Notes under the pieces: generated by a model | Databases searched by the model: none | Seen by the model: only the letters and a program-made list of their open reading frames with translations | Told to the model about the DNA's origin: nothing | Shown here: positions 42,905 through 54,204 of the stretch, one piece after another | How positions within the stretch are numbered: the stretch's first letter is position 1 | How the letters are laid out: every line of letters begins with the position of its first letter | Position numbers and translations under genes: made by a program | DNA from: a virus | Taxonomy: Duplodnaviria > Heunggongvirae > Uroviricota > Caudoviricetes | IMG/VR virus record: IMGVR_UViG_3300018430_000002 | Direction: 5' to 3' (one strand) | Length of the DNA stretch: 64,000 nt

Positions 42905-44017
42905 ATGGCTCATAAAATATTGATAGGTAATGATGGAACTTACGGGTCTCCTGTTACACATTCAGATTTTGTATTTTTTGATGATGGTGAAAGCCTTACT
43001 GAAAAAATGGATGTGTATAATATTTATATTAATGATTTAATGTATCCTGTGGGTCGTATTCTTGAAACCACAGGAAATTTTAATCCAAATGGGCATTATC
43101 CTGGTGTGTGGCGTTTATTAGAAAAAAATCATACTGTCATTAGTGCGGGTTCAATTGCATTATAGGGGAAGAAAGAAAGTCCTATGGAATTATTTCTTCC
43201 TGATGGATCAGTATGGGATTTAATTTATCATCATGAAATTGCAGGTGGATATTGGGCATCCACTGCCGATTGCTTAGATTTTGATTTAAATGCTACAAAA
43301 CAAAAATTTGGAAAAATGAAATATGTAAATAATTATTATAATGCCAATGATACATTAGAATTTTTAATGGTATATAATGTTCCTTATGGAGGCGGAGTCT
43401 CTGGTGCAGTAACTAATATGGGGCGTTGGGTACAGCATGCTTCTCCTTTTTCGGCAGGTAATGCCCATAGGTCCGCGGCATGGGATAAACCTGCTACTGT
43501 TGATGGTTATAATGCAACAACCACATTTACGGCGGCAGATGGTACGATTGTTACAAATACCGATATTAATGCTGGTTTATATGTACCATGGACGGCACAT
43601 AATTGGACTGGTTTAAGTCTTTCTCGTCCTAGTAATGCATATTTTGCAGGTAATCACTATGGGACTGGATGGTTTTATGCTATTGGTTCAAAAGCTGCTT
43701 ATGAAGGTGGTATACCTGCACACATTACGGCAACTGCTTGTACTTTGTATGTCAGAAAAGATAATGCGGTATTAGCAAATTTAGAAAATGGTGGTTATGA
43801 GTATGGTGAAGAGCAACATCTTTTGACAGTAGATGAAATGGCTTATCACGATCATCGTTTATATTATACAAAAACTGGTAATTTTACTAATTCGGCATCT
43901 GATAATGGGTAGCATTAGGCTCCTGATAATTATTATACTGGTCCTCGTGGTGGTTCACAAGCTCATAATAATATGTAGCCTTCAATTTATGTAAATTTAT
44001 GGGAAAGAATATCATAA
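42905..44017 (+). CDS. Tail collar/baseplate-type protein with an inserted globular domain (~370 aa)
   Basis: YPVGRI..NPN..PGVW N-part and GEEQHLLTVDEMAYHDH..GGSQAHNNMQPSIYVNLWERIS C-part (Q of NNMQP is TAG at 43976). Confidence 0.7.
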
Positions 44018-44031
44018 AGGGGGTATATTAA

Positions 44032-44544
44032 ATGGAGTATGTACCAGTAGTAGAATTAGAACAAACTGATTTAACAGTTTTACCAGATAGTATTAGCTAT
44101 TATGAAAATTATATTTTAAAATAGTTAGATGATGTATTATTACAATATACAAACTCATCTAATTTATTAAATTATCATTATCCAGTAGGCTCTATTATTG
44201 AAGTGCTTAAAGCAGATTATGATCCTAATGGACAATTGCCAGGAGTATGGACAAGATTTGGAGAAGGCCGTACTATGATTAGCACTGGTGGAGATAATTC
44301 ATTATTAGAAACTTCTATTGGAACTTTTAAGCATTTATTAACTATAGATCAAATACCTTCTCATACTCATAGATTAGGATGGAATAATGAAGAATCTCGT
44401 TAGCGTCGTGCTTCTTCTTGGACTGAAATTTGCTAGGGTTCAGGCTATAATGAAAGTTATATTACTATGTCTACTGGTGGAGGCGCAGCGCATAATAATG
44501 TTTAGCCGTACATTGTAACATTTAGTTGGAAGAGGGTGTCTTAA
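44032..44544 (+). CDS. Tail collar/baseplate-type protein (~170 aa)
   Basis: YPVGSI..DPNGQLPGVWTRFGEGR..HLLTIDQIPSHTH..AHNNVQPYIVTFSWKRVS (Q is TAG at 44503). Confidence 0.7.
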
Positions 44545-45113
44545 TGGCCACCGTAAAAAATTATATTTTAAATGTTAATGATCAAAAAGTATATCCTAAA
44601 ATTAAAGCGTCTCAAGTTTATATTCCTAGTTTAAATATGTCTTTAGAAGAGTATTATGGCAATGAGACTTTAACATTTTAGGACTATATTGATTTAATTT
44701 TGCCTATTGGTTTTATTTATAAAACTACTCGAGAAATTGATTTAAATAATTTTAATTTTGATAATTAGTCAGTGCATTGGTTTTGGGAACAATTGGAAGC
44801 AGGACATATTTTAGTTGGAGAGGGTTCTTATACTGATAGTAACAGCGAAACAGCGACTTTTTATCCTCTTGGTACTGAAACTGAAAATGCACTAACAGGT
44901 GAATGGCGTCATACATTAACCGTAGATGAAATTCCTTCTCATAATCATGGTTTGCCTAAAGATGGTTCTGATGATGGAGAAAATTATTATGACGTAGGAG
45001 ATTCTCGGACTTCAGCAGTATCAGCTTTTTATACAGGAGGTACTGGTGGTTCCACCCCTCATAATAATATGATGCCAGCAAAAACAGTTTATATGTATCG
45101 AAGGGTGGTATAA
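44544..45113 (+). CDS. Tail collar/baseplate-type protein (~189 aa)
   Basis: TAATG overlap; LPIGFIY..HTLTVDEIPSHNH..GGSTPHNNMMPAKTVYMYRRV. Confidence 0.7.
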
Positions 45114-45116
45114 CAT

Positions 45117-45302
45117 ATGGCAGCAAGTACAATCACACAAGATGAATTGCAAAAATTTTGGAATGCTTTTAAATTAGAATTGGAAGCTTCTGCCCTAAAA
45201 CCTTATGATACAATTTTATTTAAAGATTAGGGTAATAATGCAATTCATAGTATGTAGTTTATTGATGGAGTAGTTACTTCTCAAGAGCAAACTACAAATT
45301 AA
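45117..45302 (+). CDS. Small hypothetical protein (61 aa), similar to the N-terminus of the next gene
   Basis: Only visible with TAG=Gln. QDELQKFW..ILFKDQ..FIDGVVTS aligns with QDGLRLLW..IYFRDQ..FINGNLVS. Confidence 0.55.
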
Positions 45303-45328
45303 AATAATGGTAGAAAAGAGGCTTCAAT

Positions 45329-45859
45329 ATGGTTTTAAATCAAGATGGTTTAAGATTATTGTGGCAAATAATTTAGGCTGAAATTGATAAATCTAAAAAT
45401 TCTTCTATTGTAGACGGAATTTATTTTAGAGATCAAGAAAATGGATATACATATTTATTAGAATTTATCAATGGAAATTTAGTATCTAGTGGTAAAGCAG
45501 TTTCTATTTATGTGACTTTAACCATACCTAGCGATGTTTTATTTATCAAGGGAGAAATAGTGGATCCATCTTATTATTAGATTATTGCTCGTTGTGAAGA
45601 TGGAAGTGAAAAAATTCTTAAAGGATGTGATATAAGTACAATTCAAAGTAATGGTACTGTTTCAGTCTCTTATGAAGAAATGGGTACAATTTATACTGAT
45701 ACCATTAATCTTTCATCTTATAATTTTGTGGATAGTATTACTACCGCTTTAAAAGATTTTACTTATAATACTAATGCAGATGGTACATATACATTAAAAG
45801 ATTACATAGGAACAAGTACGACCTTGACAATTCCAAATAATTATGCTATAATTTTATAA
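45329..45859 (+). CDS. Ig-like domain protein ending in an LRR N-cap-like segment (~176 aa)
   Basis: ATG after GAGG; TAGs read through; C-terminus FTYNTNADGTYTLKDYIGTSTTLTIP. Confidence 0.55.
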
Positions 45860-45872
45860 AGGAGGGTAAAAA

Positions 45873-48479
45873 GTGGCTAGACTATTAAATTTTAGAAATG
45901 AACCATAGGTTACAGCGATTACTATTCCTAATCGTATTTAGTTATCAGATACAAATTTTGCTCAAGCTTTTCGAAATATGGCTAATTTACAATCAGTTAC
46001 TATTACTCATCCTAATATTACAATTTTAGATTAGGCATTTGAAAATGACAAAGCATTACAAACATGTACATTTCCAGAACATAATAAAATTACATCTATG
46101 TATCGTGCATTTAATGGGTGTTCTAATATGACTAGTGCTCCTTAGAGTGGAGCAGAAGTTATTAATATGGCTTATGCATATTATAATTGCTATTCTATGA
46201 CTGGTAATGCTCAATGTGGTCCTAAAGTTTTTAGTATGTCTCATGCATATACTAATTGTAGTAATATTTCAGGCCCAGCAGCTTGTTCTAATAGTGTTCG
46301 CAATTTTGATTATGCTTATCATAATTGTACTAAATTAACTGCTGCGGCATGTGGCGCAAATGTTACTAATATGGATTATGCTTATTATAATTGTACTAAT
46401 TTAACTACTGCGGTGTGTGGATTAAATGTACCAACTATGAATTATACATATTATAAATGTTCTAAATTAACTGATGCTGTATGTGATCGTAATGTTGTAA
46501 GTATGAATTATACATATGCTTATTGCACTAATCTTACTACAGCTAACGTAGGACGTAATGTTACAGAATTAAAATCAACATATAGAAATTGTATTAAATT
46601 AACTGATGCTGTTTGCGGTCCTAATGTTATAGAGATGGTTAATACATATGAAAACTGCACTAATTTAACTACAGCCGCATGTGGAAATTAGGTTACTTAT
46701 ATGAATGGTACATATGCTAATTGTCATAAATTAGTTACTCCTATATGTGGACCAATGGTAACTTTAATGGATCACACTTATAGTAGTATGAGTTAGAGCT
46801 CATTATAGACGAATAGTGGTTCATATATATATATAAATAAGCGTTATTATCATGGTACAGGTTGTAAAAATTTAACTACTGCAGTATGTGGTGAACGAGT
46901 AACAAATATGTATTATACATATGCTAGTTGTGCAAATATTACAACAGCAATTTGTGGAGACCAAGTTACTGAAATGATTGGTACTTATGGTAATTGTGTT
47001 AATTTAACAACTGCTGCTTGTGGACCATCTGTAACCTTGATGGATTCTACATATTCTATTCCTTATGGTTTTTATGCTAGTGGCCGTTATAAAAATAATA
47101 ATGGCATTCCAGGAATTTTATATTCAGAAGAAACTGGTACAATCGGTGATACCTGGTATGGATGTTCAAGTTTAACCGAAGCAGTTTGTGGAGATTCAGT
47201 AGTAATGATGGTTAATACATATCGTGAATGTACTAATTTAACCACTGCAGCAAGTGGTCCTGTTGTTACTTTAATGGATAACACTTATACTAATTGTTTT
47301 GTTCCCGCAGTTGTTCCTGATAATAGTCTAACAGCGTATAATCTTTACTCTGATGGATTAGGTTTAGTAACACCTATTTGTGGACCATTAGTTCAAGAAA
47401 TGAGATATACTTATGCTAATTGTCAATCTTTAACATCATTTGTTTGTGGAGCAGAAGTAAAAATAATGGATCATACTTATGCTTTGGCCGAATCAGACTA
47501 CTCTGATTGGTTCCTTGGCGATGAAACATATACCATAACTGAAAATAGAACTGCAAAATGGAGACAATCGGTTAGTGCAAAACGTGGGCCAACTACTCCA
47601 GTATGTGGCGCAAATGTTACAGATATGATAGGTACATATAAAGGCCGACATAGTTTAACTTCTGCGGTATGTGGTGCTAATGTAGTAAATATGATTGAAA
47701 CTTATGCTGGATGCGCATATTATATTTCTAAAATGATAGAATATTATAATGCAACTTGGGCTTCAGGCGAAGATCCAGATTATGACACATATAATTATTC
47801 AATGGATTATCTGAATTATTCTTCTGGCATTACTACTGCAGTATGTGGAGCAAATGTAATAAATATGCATGGTGCATATATGTATTGTAGCGGTATTACA
47901 AATAAAGCAGCTTGTGGAGCAAACGTAGTGGATATGTCTTATGCTTATGCTTATTGCGGAAGAGAAAATTATTTCTTTAACGGCAAATCTGGCGTAGATA
48001 CATATGGTTATGGTGGTTTGAACACTCCAGTTGTTGGTGCGAATGTAGTTAATATGCAAGGTGCATATATGGATTGTTATCCTATTGGTACCGCAAAATG
48101 TGGTGCAAATGTTGAAGATATGTCTTGGGCCTATTATAATTGTAGAAGTTTAACGACTGGTGTATCAGGCGCAAATGTTACTAATATGAGTTATACTTAT
48201 GGTTATTGTCTAAGCTTGAAGGGTAATTTAAATATTGCATCTGAATATGTATATGATGCTTATGGTATTTTTGAAGGTCGAGGATATAATATTGCTGGAG
48301 ATGAAATTACTCCAACCTTATTAAACATTCGAGTGCCTTATGGTTCTACTACTTTTGATTCTTTTTATAATGAAGATTTATGCGGAGAAGGTAGAATTGT
48401 TTGGGACACAGAAGATGATACAGGAACAACTTGGACCTGTACAAATACTCGTTATAATTTAAAATTAATCGGAGCTTAA
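45873..48479 (+). CDS. BspA/DUF285-like repeat (LRR solenoid) protein, putative adhesin/receptor-binding protein (~868 aa)
   Basis: GTG after GGAGG; more than 20 copies of a ~21-aa unit like CGANVTNMDYAYYNCTNLTTA; fragments joined across TAG. Confidence 0.7.
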
Positions 48480-48505
48480 GACAATAGAGAAAAAGGAGAT
48501 TTTTT

Positions 48506-49555
48506 ATGAAAAAATATAATCGTAATATTGATATTATTATTCCTGCTTATAATGTAGCAGATAATATTTTGTTTAGATGTCTGGCTAGTATCGCTTGCCA
48601 AGATATTATTTCTGAATTAGAGGTTACTATTGTTGATGATGCTTCTACAGAATAGAATTATCAAAATGTAATTAATTAGTTTTCTTCAATGTTAAAAATT
48701 AATATTTTACGCTACGAAACTAATGGTGGACCAGGAGTAGCTCGTCAATATGGTTTAGATCACACTTCTAATGGATATATTACTTTTATTGACGCTGATG
48801 ATACTTTCAATGGTGCTTTTGCTCTTAAAGCTTTGCGCAATGCTATTGAAATGAATAATGGTTTATATCAAATGTCAGTTGGAGTTTTTGATGAAGTACA
48901 TGAAACAGACATTCCTGAAGGAACTGGACCAATGTTAATGAGCCACGAAAAAGATTTAGTATGGATGTTCGGTAAAATGTATCGTCGTAGCTTTATTGAC
49001 AAATATGGTATTCATTTTCATGAGACTTCAAGAGCCAATGAAGATAATGGATTTAATACTTGGTGCCGCCTTTGCATGAATGATAAAGAGTAGATTAACT
49101 TTATTGCTGCACATGTTTATTATTGGCATGAAAATTTAAATAGTATTACGAGAATTAATGATCATCAATATAGTTATGGTAGTTCAGATCGAGATAGTTT
49201 TTACGGTTATGTTGAAAATATGATTTTTGCAATTCAAGAGGCAAAAAAGAAAAATCCTTACAATGGTTTTATTACTATGTGGGCTGTAACTTGTATGATA
49301 CATTTATATCAATATTATATTGAATGTGCTGCAAGAGCTCCGCAACATGCTCCAGGTAATTTAAAACAATGTAAAAAATATTATGATGCAATTTTTAAAG
49401 AACTTGAACCTACAATTTCAAAAGAAATTATGGCATAGCATTATAATGATATAATGAAAAATGCTTATATGGGAGATAAGTTAAATAATATTATTCCTTG
49501 TATAGGTTTATATGAGTTTTTAGATAAATTAAAGGAGGAAAATACAGATGGCTGA
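48506..49555 (+). CDS. Glycosyltransferase family 2 (~349 aa)
   Basis: IDIIIPAYN, VTIVDDAS, NGGPGVARQYG, YITFIDADD (DxD) and ED motifs of the GT-A fold; joined across TAG; TGA at 49553. Confidence 0.9.
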
Positions 49556-50228
49556 CGCTTATAAAATTTATACTTCTAGCTTAGTTGGTATTCAAGATGG
49601 TGGTACTGACGGCAGTACTGCAGCAGAAGCTAGAGAAAATTTAAATGTAGTTGGTTATACTGTTGTTCCCGAACTCAGTGGAGGCTCAGATTTTGCCTCC
49701 ACTGAATTTTTACCAATAGCTGGTGGAACGATGACAGGACCGCTTACTTTAGAAGCTGATTTAATTGGTATTGACGGTGACTTTTCTGGTACTTTAAGCG
49801 CTTCAAGTGTAAAAGGTGCGGTATGGAATGATTATGCCGAATATCGTATTTTAAATGGTAAAAATGAAGCTGGCAGATGCGTAATTGAAACAGGCAATGA
49901 TGATTTAATTTGGTCTCATGAACGCATGTTACCAGGAGCTATGATTATTTCCGATACTTTTGGATTTTCTATAGGAGAGACAGAAAAAGCTACTGCTCCA
50001 ATTGCTGTGGCTGGTAGAGTATTAGCATATCCTAATGAAGATCGTTCTACATATAAAGCGGGCGACGCAGTATGTTCTGGTCCTTATGGTACTGTTTCTA
50101 AAATGTCTAGAAAAGAAATTATGATGTATCCAGAACGTATTATTGGTATCGTTTCTTGCGTTCCTACTTATGAAATTTGGAATGATAAAATTCAAGTTAA
50201 TGGTCGCATTTGGATAAAAATAAAATAA
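49548..50228 (+). CDS. Short fibre-tip protein with a peptidase G2-like intramolecular chaperone domain (226 aa)
   Basis: FLPIAGGTMTGPL fibre motif, then VWNDYAEY, PIAVAGRV and IIGIV, as in auto-cleaving chaperone domains of tail spikes. Confidence 0.65.
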   Translation: MADAYKIYTSSLVGIQDGGTDGSTAAEARENLNVVGYTVVPELSGGSDFASTEFLPIAGGTMTGPLTLEADLIGIDGDFSGTLSASSVKGAVWNDYAEYRILNGKNEAGRCVIETGNDDLIWSHERMLPGAMIISDTFGFSIGETEKATAPIAVAGRVLAYPNEDRSTYKAGDAVCSGPYGTVSKMSRKEIMMYPERIIGIVSCVPTYEIWNDKIQVNGRIWIKIK

Positions 50229-50242
50229 AGGAGGTATTTATT

Positions 50243-50581
50243 ATGAAATTAATTATTCAAGGACAAGAGCAATATCCAATTAAAATTAATAAATATCATC
50301 GTAATTTTATGAAAGTACATACTTATGCAGGCGCAGTTAATTTTGAATTAGAAATAGATAATGAACTTGAAAAAAATATATAGTTTTTGCAAGCATTATA
50401 TGGTTAGAGTAAATAGATTGAGCAAATTCAGGTATTTAGTGATAAAGACATGTTAATTGCATTTTTAGTTTTTGAAAATGGTTATATTAGTAATTTGACT
50501 GATTCAATTAACGAAAAAGGCAAGCGAACTGTTTTGTTTACTATTACTTTTGAAAGTCTTAATCCTATGATTTTTTCTTGA
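50243..50581 (+). CDS. Hypothetical protein (~112 aa), similar to 54769-55068
   Basis: ATG after GGAGG, three TAGs read through, TGA at 50579; absent from the supplied ORF track. Confidence 0.6.
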
Positions 50582-50606
50582 CTTTTAAAAAAAAATATGG
50601 TATTAT
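50578..50606 (+). promoter_or_regulatory. SigmaA/sigma70-type promoter with extended -10
   Basis: TTGACT (50578-50583), 17-nt spacer ending TGG, TATTAT (50601-50606), then AGGAGG and ATG at 50629. Confidence 0.75.
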
Positions 50607-50628
50607 TTTAAAGAAAAGGAGGGTTATA

Positions 50629-51144
50629 ATGGCTCAAATACTTTTCGATGATTACCTTGCTGCAAAAACAGCGGTATATAATATGTGGGATGAAGTGTTT
50701 GGAATTAAAATTAATTGGAATTTATTTGCTACTGACACTTAGGCCAATAGTCGTAGATCAGAAAATACATATGATGAAGCAGATAAAGAAGAACATACAG
50801 TACCATCTGAAGTTGCTGTATTTCCAGACGAGCGTACCGAAACAAATATTAAGCCGCTAAATTAGGCATATCGTTTTAACGAAATTAATAGTGCAGAAAA
50901 AAATGGTAAAATTACTGCCGACGCAGTAAATGCTTTATATAATTTAATGCAGGTTGCAGAAGAAGAAGCTCATAGTGGCGCTGGTTATGGAGCAGATAAA
51001 ACTACACACTGGTAGACTTATAATAGCTCTAAAAATACTTCAGTAAAAACATCTTAGTATAGTGGTTATGACTCATATAATAGTAATCGACATTCTGGTT
51101 GGTGTACCGGTCGTAATTCTAGTAATATGGGAACCAACTGGTAA
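50629..51144 (+). CDS. Putative radical SAM substrate protein A with a Ser/Asn/Tyr/Thr-rich repeat tail (171 aa)
   Basis: AGGAGG RBS; four in-frame TAGs (50740, 50863, 51013, 51055). C-terminus HWQT YNSS KNTS VKTS QYSG YDS YNSN RHSG WCTG RNSS NMGT NW. The function is inferred from context. Confidence 0.65.
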
Positions 51145-51158
51145 GGAGAGTATTAATA

Positions 51159-51458
51159 ATGGCGTATAATTGGAATAATATGTTTGGAACTATAGTTGAA
51201 AAAGATTAGTCAATAAAGCATGAAAATAGTTTAAACCATATTATAGAAACAGCTACAGAGTATCTAGAATACCATTGTTCAGCTCATAATACAGAAAAAT
51301 TTGCTTCTTGGGATGTAACTTATAATGGTACATTGAAGTCTAGTCATGATTCAACTTATAAAAGTTATAATTCTTATAATAGCGGCAAGTTAAGTACAAA
51401 TTATTCTGGATATAATAGTAGTCATAGGTATTCTTATTTTGGAGGAAATGTAGGATAA
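51159..51458 (+). CDS. Putative radical SAM substrate protein B (99 aa)
   Basis: AAGGAG RBS; one TAG. C-terminus HCSA HNTE KFAS WDVT YNGT LKSS HDST YKS YNS YNSG KLST NYSG YNSS HRYS YFGG NVG. Its TAA overlaps the ATG of the rSAM gene. Confidence 0.65.
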
Positions 51459-52834
51459 TGGATTACGAGAAAAAGGCGTTAGAACATTGTGTATCACTTT
51501 CATTGCATTGGTCTTCTGATTGTAATATGGCATGTTAGTATTGTTATATTGAAAAAGATAAAAAAGCAATGGCAACCTATAATAAAGCATTACGAGAAGC
51601 TTTAGAAAATGGTACATATGTTAATAATATAAAAAATAAATTTGAACATATTAAAGATAATATTGAAAATTTAAGTTTGTGGGGTGCAGAACCTACAATT
51701 AATGGTATATATTTTAAAGATACTATTTATCAATGCTTAGATTTTTTTCCAAATGTACATTCTTTAATGTTTTCGACAAATGCATTGTTAGGTGCAGATA
51801 TTATTTACGAACAATTTTATTTACCTTTATTAAGTTATGCAGAAACTAATTCACGTCCTCTTACTTTTGAATTACAGCTAAGTTTAGATGGTCCTCCTGA
51901 ATTTAATGATAAATCACGTCATGAAGGAGCCACTAAAAATACTTTAAATACTTTATATACTTTACTTGAAAGAACTCCATTTAATTGTAAATATTTTAAA
52001 TTTAGCGTTTCTACTAAAGCCACTCTTGATATTAGTTATATGAGAGAAATGGTTGAAGGTGGAATAGAAAAATTTTAGTGGTATTATGATTTCATGAATG
52101 AAATTCATGGAAAAGCACATGATATTATTAAAAATAATTCTACAGTTAGTGATTGTCATGTATTTGGAATACCTACATTAGTAGATCCAGGATATTATAC
52201 AGTTGAAGATGGTAAAATATTTGCAAAATGGATATCAATGTTAAAATATGTAGACCGTAGTAAATGGCATGAGGCAAGTCAACATGTACCATTGTTTTAT
52301 TAGTGTTTAAATACTGTTCTCGAAGCAGAAAACATACACAATCCTATTGCTTAGGGATATAATTATTTTTCTTGTTCTTCCGGAAAATATAATTATAGTG
52401 TTGATTATGATGGTACAATATATACTTGTAATCGTTTATGTCGAAATGCAGCTTTATCAGATAATTTAAAATATAAAGGATCTATGCTTTCTAACTCTAA
52501 TGTGGATCATCCTGCTGGCTCAAAATGGTTAAAACGTAATTATGCTAATTGGGTTTTTCATGAAGATATTGTAGCTCGAAAAAATTTTTTAGATGCATTA
52601 ATTTTTATGATGGCTAAAGCTGGCTAGATTGATAAATTATATATTGAAAATGATGAAGCTCGATTAATAATGTTTTATATGATGAGCGGTATTTATTGTC
52701 ATATAGGAGCAGAAGAAGATTATACAAGTAATCCTTTTATTCCTCCTGCTAGTTATTTGCGCTTATTGGGAAATGGAGCTCAATAGGAGTTGGAAAATTA
52801 TTTTAAATTAGAAAGAGTAAGAGGAGTTTTGTAA
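51458..52834 (+). CDS. Radical SAM enzyme 1 with a partial SPASM/Twitch-like domain (~458 aa)
   Basis: CNMACQYC (CxxxCxxC, 51521-51544; Q is TAG), WGAEP, QLSLDG; C-terminal FSCSSG..DGTIYTCNRLC. Confidence 0.85.
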
Positions 52835-54204
52835 TGGAAAATTGTATTATTAATACTACTGGTTTAGAAGCTTATCAATATGAAAATTAGAAATTGGCAG
52901 ACAATTTTTTAGAAACATATTTTTTCTCTAATTTTAAATATAGTCATACAGCTTCTAAAAAATCTTTAGAGTTAATTATTTCTCCCAAATGTAATTTAGG
53001 ATGTAAATATTGCTATATTCATAAACATAAAAAACATATTTTTAATGAAGATATTTTTAATGAAGAATTAACATTAAAAAATTTAACTTTAATTTTAAAA
53101 TGGCTTGAAAAAAATGAATTTAATCCAGATTTAGATATTTTTTCAGGAGAATTATTTGCTTAGGAAATTGGTCTAAAAATTTTACAAGTAATTTATGATC
53201 ATGAGTTACATTTGCCTGAACATTTAAGATGCAAAGTTATAACAATTCCTACAAATTTTACTTTTTTAAATTCTGATACATTGACAGAAAAAATCACTAA
53301 TTTTCAAAAATAGTTTGAACAAATTAATATCCATTTATTTTTAAGTGCGAGTTTTGATGGAGCTCATATGGAACAAAATCGTCCTTATACCAAGACATTA
53401 GATTTTGATATTAATACCTCTCGCGATGATGAATATTATAATAAAGTTTTTCAATATTGTAGTGAACATCAATATGGATTACATCCAATGATTTACAGTA
53501 AAAATATTGCTAAATGGAAAGAAAATTTCTTATGGTTCCAAGAAAAAATGGAACAATTTAATATTCCTTGGGAAAATTTATATTTACTTAATGTTCGCAA
53601 TGAAGAATGGGACGATGTCAGTTTAAAAGAATATTATAATTTTATTTTGTTCTTATATGATTGGGTATACCAAAAAGTTGGATGTAACACAGAATATTTA
53701 GTAAATTTTATTCTAAAAGCACACGGTTTTAATATAATGGCTAGTCCTTTAACTCGAGTAGGAAGAGGCTTAACTTGTGGTTTATAGAATACTTTATGCG
53801 TTCGACTTAGTGATTTAATGGTTTATCCTTGCCACAGGACAGGATATGAACATTATTATTGTGGATAGTTCATAGAAGATGAGGATAAAATTTTAACATA
53901 TAAAAATAAAAATGCTGAATTGCTAATTACAGTATATTCTGTTAACAAAGAAGGAATGCCCATGTGCTCTCAATGTCCTATTAATAAATTATGTGTAGGA
54001 CAATGTTTAGGAGCTTGTCATGAAAGTAATAACAATTTATTTGTACCAATTCCTTCCGTTTGTGCTACCGTATATACATTATTAGCAGCAACTATTGAAG
54101 GTCTAACTAAATATCAAGCTTATGATTTACTGTTATCTCAAGTTGATGCTTCAATAGCAAAGCAATTAGAGTTTGTGAAAAAGGAGTTAAATAATGTTAA
54201 ATAA
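52834..54204 (+). CDS. Radical SAM enzyme 2 with a SPASM domain (~456 aa)
   Basis: CNLGCKYC (52990-53013), FSGE, SFDG; C-terminal LTCGL..VYPCHR..CSQCPINKLCVGQCLGAC..SVC. Confidence 0.88.

Noticed and set aside
46100..48250. CRISPR array or non-coding tandem repeat
   Set aside because: The ~63-nt periodicity is degenerate at synonymous positions and encodes protein repeats; there are no identical repeats with unique spacers.
50648..50860. 70-aa track ORF as the radical SAM precursor
   Set aside because: It is out of frame with the RBS-supported gene at 50629, which reads through TAG to 51144.
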